Source: Candidatus Latescibacterota bacterium
GTDB taxonomy: Bacteria; Latescibacterota; UBA2968; UBA8231
Length of the DNA stretch: 64,000 bases
Assembly: GCA_965204725.1 (NCBI GenBank)
Contig: OZ242005.1
Coordinates: forward strand, 4,832,001-4,896,000
Direction of reading: 5' to 3'
This document shows, one piece after another, positions 20,066 through 28,892 of the stretch (its first letter is position 1; every line of letters starts with the position of its first letter). The position numbers were made by a program, and so were the translations under genes. The notes under the pieces are model-generated. The model saw only the letters and a program-made list of their open reading frames with translations, did no database searches and was not told where the DNA came from.

Positions 20066-20909
20066 GAAGCTATCTCATAAATACCGTAGCAGTATGAGGA
20101 TGCATCCGAGTTGTACAAAGCCGAGGTAGTTTTCAGCATAGTATTCGTATCGAACCACGATGCGGCGGAAGTTATGCAACCAAGCAAACAGTCTTTCTAT
20201 TTTCCAGCGTCTTTTGTAGCCCCGCAACCGCCGCCCGTCCTGGGTTTTGGCCTGCGTACGATTGCGGCGATGCGGCGCGATCATCTCAATGCCTTGGTCG
20301 GCCAGGCTCGCATCCAATCGATCCGAGTCGTAGGCTCGGTCCCCGATGAGTCGTTGCGGTCGGGGCTGGACCCATCGGTTTTCCAGGGTGGCTTCTACGA
20401 GGGTGACTTCGTGCGGCGAAGCACTTTGGATGAGTACGGCGATAGGAAGACCAGCGCGGTCTGCCACTGCCATGAGCTTCGTACCTTTGCCCCGCTTGGT
20501 CGGACCCACTTGGTCCCCCCTTTTTTCGCCGCGACAAACAGGCCATCGATGAAGCATTCGCTCACATCAAGGCCCCCGCGCTCATGCAAGTCGTGCGCGA
20601 GGGTGCGCAGAATATGTTCAAAGGTGCCATCAGACGACCACTGTTGGAATCGACGATGGCAGGTCTGGTAGGACGGATAGCGAGCAGGCAGGTCATGCCC
20701 AGGCGCCCCGGTGCGGAGAATCCACAGAATACCATTGAGCACCGCTCGGTTACAACGCCACGGACGACCCCGGCCATCGCGGCGTTTGGGACACGCCGGC
20801 AGCAGTGGGGACACTATCGACCACTGTTCGTCTGTAAGATCCATAAGAGATACCTCCGAAAGGGAATACCACTAACGTAGCACAGCCAGACTATTTATGA
20901 GATAGCTTC
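20066..20909 (-). mobile_element. IS5-family insertion sequence, copy 2 (inverted), 844 bp
   Basis: Same IRs and TA flanks; OrfA 20395-20844 and OrfB 20075-20557 translate identically to copy 1. Confidence 0.95.
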
Positions 20910-20921
20910 TAGCAAGACTGG

Positions 20922-21116
20922 CTAGAAGCAAGAAAAAGCGACGCTATGGACTGCTACGGAAACAGCGAAAGCACCGACTATGCCGCCCGTGGGGACGAAC
21001 GTGGCTACGCTAAGGCCGAGACCTAGAACGGACAATCCGCATTCGACCCCGTATCCGCACACAGACGCGTTTCCGCCATACGGACGCAACGTGCGTTTCC
21101 TCAAAGTACGGGTCAT
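20922..21116 (-). CDS. Putative bacteriocin/RiPP precursor with double-glycine leader (64 aa)
   Basis: SD AGAAAGGAGGTGA then ATG at 21116: MTRTLRKRTLRPYGG|NASVCGYGVECGLSVLGLGLSVATFVPTGGIVGAFAVSVAVHSVAFSCF; upstream of exporter, peptidase and redoxin genes. Confidence 0.7.
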   Translation of the reverse strand: MTRTLRKRTLRPYGGNASVCGYGVECGLSVLGLGLSVATFVPTGGIVGAFAVSVAVHSVAFSCF

Positions 21117-21218
21117 ATCTATCACCTCCTTTCTATATTGGATTTGTGAATCCGTTCGGCGACCCGCGGGTCTGCAACTATGTAACTAGTATTAGACACG
21201 CGTCTACTGAACGGTTCA

Positions 21219-22673
21219 TTAAGTCAACCTGTGGGAGATGCCCATGCTTTGAAAAATAGCCTGGGCCGTAGCCTTGTATTCCGCAGCTGCATTAGTCCTC
21301 CCTTCTTGAGTGGCGATCTGAGACAAAGCTTCTAGTGCCTTGCCTTGGTCAATTCGACTGCCAACTTGCTCGCTCTTATGCAACACCTCTTGGCAACATG
21401 AAGCAGCCTTCTCGAAATGTCCCTGACTAGTATATACTGAGCTTAAGTAATGGCCTATCTGCATTTCTAAGGTAGGTAGGCCCATCTTATAGCATTGGTC
21501 TACGAACCGTCGGAGAGAGAGAATTGTCGCCTCCACATCACTTCCGCCGGACAGCATTGAGAGCAGGATTTCGCACTCTAGAGCCAAGGGACGCAACCCT
21601 GATTGCTGAGCTAGAGTCAGAGCCTTGGCCAAGAGCTCCTGAGCTTGGGCGGTAATTCCCAACCGCAACAGGCACCTGCCCCATGTCAAACGGCTTCTGA
21701 CTTGACCGCGCCTGTAGCGGAGGTGTTCCTCTAAGTCAATCGCCTCTGCGAAATAGCGGCCGCCGTTTTTCATGTCACCGCTGCTTAGATGCATTAGTCC
21801 GCGTAAGCCCAACACTCTCCCTTTGGCGTGAGCGTCGTCCAAGCTCTCGTATAGCTCTTGCGCTGCGTCAATGTGGTGGCTAGCGTCATTCCTCCCTTGC
21901 AAAAGCCATAGGTAGGCCAATTGCAGGTGCAGCCGGCCTACGACATTAATTCTCCGCCTGCTTATTTGGACCAGTGCTTCACGGAGCACCGTTTCGCCAT
22001 CGTGGAACTTGCCCATGGCCGTGAGCAATCCGCCTTTGACCAACGCTCTCGACGCGGCTGCCTCCACTGTATCCTGTCGTTTCGTGATGCTGTAAATTCC
22101 TTCGTCGCAAAGCTGGAGGCCTTGGTAGTATTGTCCGCGGTGCATGCAGAGAAGAGCTAATCGAGTCTTGACGAAATTCACGTGGTGGCCCTCGTCTTCC
22201 GTTTTCAATACGCCGGTCGCCTCTTCGAGACACCTGTTAGCCCCGGTCCAATCCCCCATATCTTGCAGGACTTGGGCGCGATTGATTTGTATCAGTCCTT
22301 GGAACTGCTCCCATCCGCGCTCTGCGGCGAGGTTTGCGGAACGAGAGAAGACAGCTTCGGCACTGTATAGATCGGATGTGAGGACACAGGCTACTCCTTG
22401 TGCCGCTTGGGCTATCAGGCTTGCGGTGGCCGTGTCGGAAGAAGCGTACAATTCCGCCGCTTCCTCGTATTTCTTAGCTGCGAAAGCCTCTTCGCCCCGC
22501 CGAAAACGATCGATTGCTAGTTCGTGCTTTGGCTCGGGTAGGGACTGTAATTCTTCCTGTAAGTCTTTTTCATTTGGCTTGAAAAACTGCTGACTATCGT
22601 CGGGTAGTTGAACTTCTGCGAAACCCTCTACCTCTTTCGCTTTCAGCTTGCGTATCCAGTGGTTCCTGATCAT
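21219..22673 (-). CDS. Tetratricopeptide repeat protein (MalT-like long TPRs)
   Basis: Serial helical repeats (AQELLAKALTLAQQ, GHFEKAASCCQEVL, AAAEYKATAQAIFQ). Confidence 0.75.
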   Translation of the reverse strand: MIRNHWIRKLKAKEVEGFAEVQLPDDSQQFFKPNEKDLQEELQSLPEPKHELAIDRFRRGEEAFAAKKYEEAAELYASSDTATASLIAQAAQGVACVLTSDLYSAEAVFSRSANLAAERGWEQFQGLIQINRAQVLQDMGDWTGANRCLEEATGVLKTEDEGHHVNFVKTRLALLCMHRGQYYQGLQLCDEGIYSITKRQDTVEAAASRALVKGGLLTAMGKFHDGETVLREALVQISRRRINVVGRLHLQLAYLWLLQGRNDASHHIDAAQELYESLDDAHAKGRVLGLRGLMHLSSGDMKNGGRYFAEAIDLEEHLRYRRGQVRSRLTWGRCLLRLGITAQAQELLAKALTLAQQSGLRPLALECEILLSMLSGGSDVEATILSLRRFVDQCYKMGLPTLEMQIGHYLSSVYTSQGHFEKAASCCQEVLHKSEQVGSRIDQGKALEALSQIATQEGRTNAAAEYKATAQAIFQSMGISHRLT

Positions 22674-23442
22674 ATGGTGCGTCCCTCAGTTTTAGCAGCC
22701 TTTCGCTTCTATGGTTGAAATCACTAAGAGAAACGAGCGCACGAAACAGAAGCCCGGCCCATGGAATTCCCCCACGCTTAGGACATTACTTCGGCTATCC
22801 GGTCCCGAGGGACGGTCGTTTTGCCCAAGCACTTGGGATTCAGCGGTTAGAGCCGGCATCTTCTAACTCCATGCGCTGAAAGGGAAGGCCCCGAGCACAA
22901 GTGGCTCAAGGTTGACTTTATCTGGGGAAGGTCCGCACCGCGCAACCGCGCATACCGGCGCACCCATAGCGGCTCCCAAGGCATACTCCGCTGTGGTAAT
23001 AGAGCCGTACAGACCGCTACCCACTCGGCACCGAATGGCTCGCCAAGGGTGAGCAAGGCGATCCTCCGGCCCTTGATGGGGCTTAAAAACTCGTAGCCTA
23101 GAGGTCGAAAATTGAGGGGGGGGGGGGGTAAGTCCTTGTCTTACAACGACTTACGACGATTTTCTTAGGTAAAATTTTAGGACTGGAAGCAGATGTAAAT
23201 ATCGCGGCGGGCTTTGCCGGCGGCAACGTCGTCGCAAATGTGGGGTGATTTCTCATCTTCCAGTTCGTCCGTACGATGGGCGGAACAGCAGGCTCCGCGT
23301 TAGGGCTATAAGCATAAGGAAACGCCAAAAGGCTTGTCAAGAGAAAATTTAGCACATCCTGCCGCAAGCCGCGTCCCTTCCACGGCGATTGCGGCCGGCG
23401 GCCCATTTGCCTAATCTGAGTATTCTTCCCAAAGGAACGGCC

Positions 23443-23940
23443 ATGAGCCCCGAAGAACTCGACTATACCGAGTGGCGCGACAGCACGGGCGCACCGCTGA
23501 CGAAAAGGCCCGACCGGCTCGGCGTGGCGACCAACGGCTTTATCCGCGACAAGACCGGCAAAATCCTACTGCAACAGCGTGCGGACAACGGCTTTTGGGG
23601 CATGCCCGGCGGCCAAGTCGAACTCGGGGAATCCGTTGAGCAGGGCGTGGTGCGCGAAGTCCATGAGGAAACTGGCTTACAGGTGCGCGTTGAGCGGCTG
23701 ATTGGGGTGTACTCGGGGCTAGAAAGCTATCCGTTCATGCGCTATCCCAACGGCACCATCGTCCACTACCTCACCGTCGTCTTTGCCTGCGACCCGGTCG
23801 CCGGCGCGTTGCGGCTCTCGGCCGAAAGCACGGACCTCGGCTATTTTGCCGCCGATGCCCTGCCCGCCCAGACCTTGCTCTCGCACCGCATCCGCATTGA
23901 GGACGCCCTGACCGGCCTAGTGTACCCGTTTATTCGCTGA
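23443..23940 (+). CDS. NUDIX hydrolase
   Basis: Nudix box GGQVELGESVEQGVVREVHEETG; ATG at 23443 after AAGGA. Confidence 0.92.
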   Translation: MSPEELDYTEWRDSTGAPLTKRPDRLGVATNGFIRDKTGKILLQQRADNGFWGMPGGQVELGESVEQGVVREVHEETGLQVRVERLIGVYSGLESYPFMRYPNGTIVHYLTVVFACDPVAGALRLSAESTDLGYFAADALPAQTLLSHRIRIEDALTGLVYPFIR

Positions 23941-24028
23941 ATCCGCTGCTGTTGACCGCACTTTGCCCAACAGCAGATATTTCTTTTTCGCTCGCCCCAA
24001 CCTTCACCTCGCCAAGAAGAGGAACGAT

Positions 24029-25006
24029 ATGATCAAAATTGCCGAAGTTCTGCCCGATCACCCCACGCCGCTGTGGCGGATGGTCAAGCAATGCGGCGTC
24101 GACCACGTGGTCGGCGGCTTCTCCACCCCAGGCGACCCCGCCGACATCCATCCCGAGCAACGGCCTTGGAGCTACACCAACCTCGTGCGGCTAAAGACCG
24201 CGTTCAACGATGGCGGCTTCTCCCTCGACGTCATCGAGGCCCGCCCACCGCTCAACAAGGCCAAGCTCGGCCTCTCTGACCGCGACGAGGAGATCGAATA
24301 CGCCTGCGAGTTGATTCGCAACATGGGCCGGGTCGGCATTCCGGTCTGGTGCCCCGAGTGGATGCCCGTGCTCAACTGGACTCGCACCTCTATGGCGGCA
24401 CCCGGGCGCGGCGGCGCCATGGTAACCGGCTTTGACAACGAGCTGATGAAAAACGCGCCCCTGACCGACGCGGGCGTCGTCACCGAGGAACAGCTTTGGG
24501 ACAACCTGAAGTACTTCCTCGAAAAGGTCGTGCCGGTCGCCGAGGAAGCCGGCGTCAAACTCGCCATGCACCCGGACGACCCGCCGCTATCGCCCCTCCG
24601 CGGCATGGGGCGGATCATGCGCAGCGTCGAAAACTACCAGAAGCTCCTCGACCTAGTCCCCAGTCCAGCCAACGGGATATGTCTGTGCCAAGGCAACTTT
24701 ACCCTAATGACCGACAACTTGCCCGAAGTCATCCGCCACTTTGGCGACCGCATCTACTTCGTCCACTTCCGCGACGTGCGCGGCACACCCGAAAAATTCG
24801 TCGAGACCTTCCACGACGAAGGCAAAACCGACATGCGCGCCTGCATGGAAGCCTACCGCGACATTGGCTTTGAAGGCGTCCTGCGCCCCGACCACGTGCC
24901 GACGATGGAGGGCGACCGCAACGACAGCCCGGGCTATTCGTCGATCGGGCGCTTGTTTGCCATCGGCTACATTAAGGGGCTGCGCGAAGCCGTGTACGCG
25001 AATTAA
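24029..25006 (+). CDS. uxuA: Mannonate dehydratase (UxuA-like)
   Basis: LWDNLKYFLEKVVPVAEEAGVKLAMHPDDPP, VHFRDVRG, FVETFHDEG, RPDHVP, GRLFAIGYIKGL. Confidence 0.85.
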   Translation: MIKIAEVLPDHPTPLWRMVKQCGVDHVVGGFSTPGDPADIHPEQRPWSYTNLVRLKTAFNDGGFSLDVIEARPPLNKAKLGLSDRDEEIEYACELIRNMGRVGIPVWCPEWMPVLNWTRTSMAAPGRGGAMVTGFDNELMKNAPLTDAGVVTEEQLWDNLKYFLEKVVPVAEEAGVKLAMHPDDPPLSPLRGMGRIMRSVENYQKLLDLVPSPANGICLCQGNFTLMTDNLPEVIRHFGDRIYFVHFRDVRGTPEKFVETFHDEGKTDMRACMEAYRDIGFEGVLRPDHVPTMEGDRNDSPGYSSIGRLFAIGYIKGLREAVYAN

Positions 25007-25114
25007 AGCCTGCTGCTAGGCGAGTCGTGTAGTAAGCATTCCATCTATAAACGCGCCCGGCGTCGTCAGAGCCGCACGCGAGCGCATGGGCACACAACAG
25101 GAGGTCGTCACCGC

Positions 25115-25945
25115 GTGAAACTCTACTACAGCACCTATGGCATGAAGCAACTCGATGTTTTTGAAGCCTTGCCGCGCCTCGCGGACATGGGGTACGAGGG
25201 CATGGAAATCGCCGTCACCCCGGGCTGGCCGACCGAGCCGGCCAACATGGACGCGGCCGGGCGCACAAGGCTCGCCGACCTGTTCCGCCAGCTCGGCTTC
25301 CCGACGCCGGCACTCATGGCTCTGCTCTCGCCCTGCGTCGAGGGCGAGGGACGCGCTGCCGCGCTGGCGCAGTTCAGGGCGACCTTTGAACTGAGCCGGG
25401 CGCTTAGGCTCGACGACCGCCCAATGGTCGTCAGCACCACCCTCGGCCATCCCAAGCCCGCTTGGGAGACCGGCAAAGAGCGGATCGTCGAGCTAGTGCT
25501 CGAAGTGGCCGACATGGCCGCCGAATACGACGTCACCGTCGCCATCGAGCCACATGCCGGCGACGACTTTGAGACGCCGGAAAAGGCTGCTTGGCTCATG
25601 CAGCAAACCAACCACCCGCACCTCGGCCTCAATTTCGACTACAGCCACTTCTGGGTTGAGGGGATCGGCTTGCAGCGCTCGATTGACCTGAATCTCCAGT
25701 ACTCGGTCCACAATCACATCAAGGACGGCTATCTCGACGAGGAAGGACGGGTCCGCTATCTCCTGCCCGGCAGCGGCAAGTTGGACGTGACGGCTTACTG
25801 CAAAGCCATGCAAGACGCTGGCTGGAACAAGTACCTTTGCCCAGAGGTCACCGGCCAAATATGGAACGCACCTGGGTACGACGCTTGGAGCACAGCGCAA
25901 TTTTGCTACGACTCGCTGGACGCGGCGCGGCAGGCATTGCGCTGA
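25115..25945 (+). CDS. Sugar phosphate isomerase/epimerase (xylose isomerase-like TIM barrel)
   Basis: GYEGMEI, VAIEPH, LNFDYSH, HNHIKD, PGSGKLD motifs. Confidence 0.88.
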   Translation: MKLYYSTYGMKQLDVFEALPRLADMGYEGMEIAVTPGWPTEPANMDAAGRTRLADLFRQLGFPTPALMALLSPCVEGEGRAAALAQFRATFELSRALRLDDRPMVVSTTLGHPKPAWETGKERIVELVLEVADMAAEYDVTVAIEPHAGDDFETPEKAAWLMQQTNHPHLGLNFDYSHFWVEGIGLQRSIDLNLQYSVHNHIKDGYLDEEGRVRYLLPGSGKLDVTAYCKAMQDAGWNKYLCPEVTGQIWNAPGYDAWSTAQFCYDSLDAARQALR

Positions 25946-25968
25946 GGACGAGTTGCCGACTTGCTGCC

Positions 25969-26916
<948 letters not shown>

Positions 26917-27125
26917 TCAGGGTGATAAAGTATAGTCAAATTATCGTATTGGGCGTGAGGCGATACTAGACCAGCGTCCTCATTTCCCGCTGGCCATCGG
27001 GCACCCCTTGCCATTTAGCAAGAGCTCGACATAATAACTGTAGGCCGAACAACCGCCGAAAGCATCGGATAAGTTGCTCGCTGCGCTCCCGATTCGGCGC
27101 GGCGTTGAACGAACAGGAGCATGAC

Positions 27126-28304
27126 ATGACCAAGACCGTGATTCTCGATACGAATGTGCTTTACGATATAGGATTGAATCGAGTCCGCGTTGAGGACGTC
27201 AGGCGGCCTAGAGAGCATCTCTGTTACTCTCCAATCTCAATTATTGAGTTGGTATCTAAACTAGATGGCGGGTCGTTTGCAGACCGAAAGGCAGCGGCTG
27301 GCGTTATCCTCAAGCACCGCATAGACGAACTCCCGGACCCCGAATCACATCTGACTACGGCATTTGGCTACAAGCTAGCGGAACCTGCCCCTTCATACTC
27401 CGACGCTGTCCGAGCCTTGGCTAAAGGTCAGAGCCTTGAAGAGGTGAGGCGCGGCGTACCAGACTACGAGGTTCGGGTCCGACGGAGCTTGAATGTACCG
27501 TTTGCAGCGACTTGGCGTGAGAAGGGTGAGCAAGAATGGGTGGATTCTCTCATCACCCTGATGGAGGATAATATCCCGGGGTTTCAAAAGTGGTACACAA
27601 AGGATCCAGCAAAACGGTTCTCGTCTGTGCCTAAACTTCGAGGAGAGGAGAAAGAGAGGTTTCTCGCCGGAATGAAGTCAAGAGAGTGGTCTGCTCGAAT
27701 TATATCCGCTTGTCAGATGCGCGCCTTCTTCAAAGCGGACAAAAACGACCTCCGTGTATTTACTAAGCAGAGAGCAAATGGATTAGCCGCGGCCATTCCC
27801 AAGATAGAGTGCTACTCCCATATATACACGCACTACTTGATTCGCCTAATGACTGAGGGGGTCTTACCCAAGAAGAACGATAGCGGGGATATTGATTTCT
27901 TTCTCTACTCGACTGACGATGACCACGTCGTGGCGACCAAAGACAATAGGTGGATCAACATTGCGGAGGCCGCAGGGTTCGCCCGAAGGATACGCCGGCA
28001 CGGATGCGAGCTCAGAGAAGCCGCATCGGCTGAAAGTCGGAATCGTCCAGAGGAGGAGGCCGCCAGATATGGCAATATGGACTTTGAAGACTGCATTGAA
28101 ATCCGACCCGGTGTTCGCAGTGGCAAGCCCTGTTTCAAAGGCACCCGAATTACGGTCTATGATGTATTGGAATACTTAGAGGGGGGGATGACGGAGGTTG
28201 AGCTTTTAGACGATTTTCCGACTCTGACACCGCAGCACATCCGCGCCGCCCGGGCCTTTGCCGATGCCCATAAACTTCAGTTCGCACCCGGTTCCACGGC
28301 GTGA
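27126..28304 (+). CDS. PIN-like domain protein fused in frame to a C-terminal DUF433 (antitoxin-like) domain
   Basis: N-terminal VILDTNV...SPISIIEL...NDSGD...VATKD PIN pattern; C-terminal IEIRPGVRSGKPCFKGTRITVYDVLEYLEGGMTEVELLDDFPTL is DUF433. Confidence 0.75.
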   Translation: MTKTVILDTNVLYDIGLNRVRVEDVRRPREHLCYSPISIIELVSKLDGGSFADRKAAAGVILKHRIDELPDPESHLTTAFGYKLAEPAPSYSDAVRALAKGQSLEEVRRGVPDYEVRVRRSLNVPFAATWREKGEQEWVDSLITLMEDNIPGFQKWYTKDPAKRFSSVPKLRGEEKERFLAGMKSREWSARIISACQMRAFFKADKNDLRVFTKQRANGLAAAIPKIECYSHIYTHYLIRLMTEGVLPKKNDSGDIDFFLYSTDDDHVVATKDNRWINIAEAAGFARRIRRHGCELREAASAESRNRPEEEAARYGNMDFEDCIEIRPGVRSGKPCFKGTRITVYDVLEYLEGGMTEVELLDDFPTLTPQHIRAARAFADAHKLQFAPGSTA

Positions 28305-28672
28305 AACTGCTCCTTGACGAGAACCTTAGCCATCGGCTCGTTGCACGACTTGAGACATCTTTTCCCGGCACCGTCAGTGTCGATTATATTGGGCTTCACA
28401 GCCAGCCTGATATCGCTATTTGGGCTTATGCCGCCGCACAGGGCTTTGCAATTGTGTCGAAGGATGAGGACCTTCGTCAACTCAGTTTCTTCCGAGGCCA
28501 TCCGCCAAAGGTAATATGGCTTAATGTGGGAAACGCTGGGACCGACCGGGTTGCGGACTTGTTGCTGTGGAACAAAGATCGGATCATCGCTTTTCTCGGC
28601 CAGCGTGAAGACTCTCTTCTCACTCTAGAATCGAGACAATCTGCCGATTATTCAGTTATGAACCGCCAATAA
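28301..28672 (+). CDS. DUF5615 PIN-like toxin (VapC45-like)
   Basis: MKLLLDENLS, DIAIWAYA, IVSKDED, GHPPKVIWLNVGN; GTGA overlap with the DUF433-containing gene. Confidence 0.9.
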   Translation: MKLLLDENLSHRLVARLETSFPGTVSVDYIGLHSQPDIAIWAYAAAQGFAIVSKDEDLRQLSFFRGHPPKVIWLNVGNAGTDRVADLLLWNKDRIIAFLGQREDSLLTLESRQSADYSVMNRQ

Positions 28673-28708
28673 TCTGTACACCCCAAGAACTCATGGAGGA
28701 ATAACACC

Positions 28709-28888
28709 ATGTGGCGCGATATCATCGTAGAAGAAATTCGCCGCAATCGTCAGGTGTATGCAGCAAAATTTCATCACGACATCAAAGCGATCTGCCGCGC
28801 CGCCCGCGAGCAGCAAAGAAAAAGCGGGCACAAGATCGTTTCTTTGCCGCCGCGACCTGTCGCAACAGCTACGGAGGATAGAGGATAA
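28709..28888 (+). CDS. Small conserved hypothetical protein (59 aa), often seen next to PIN/TA loci
   Basis: Missed by the ORF track. SD GGAGGA, ATG 28709: MWRDIIVEEIRRNRQVYAAKFHHDIKAICRAAREQQRKSGHKIVSLPPRPVATATEDRG. Confidence 0.7.
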   Translation: MWRDIIVEEIRRNRQVYAAKFHHDIKAICRAAREQQRKSGHKIVSLPPRPVATATEDRG

Positions 28889-28892
28889 TTTT

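Noticed and set aside
10199-20911. Arrival of the whole bacteriocin cluster as an IS5 composite transposon
   Set aside because: The precursor and TPR genes of the same AT-richer cluster lie outside the pair and the left IS cuts the S8 gene, so the insertions post-date the cluster.
22847-23406. Short ORFs or a recombinase remnant upstream of the TPR gene
   Set aside because: No convincing motif or SD; treated as intergenic.
28758-28892. N-terminal extension of the R-M enzyme
   Set aside because: Overlaps a better-supported 59-aa gene; an SD and GTG are present at 28893.
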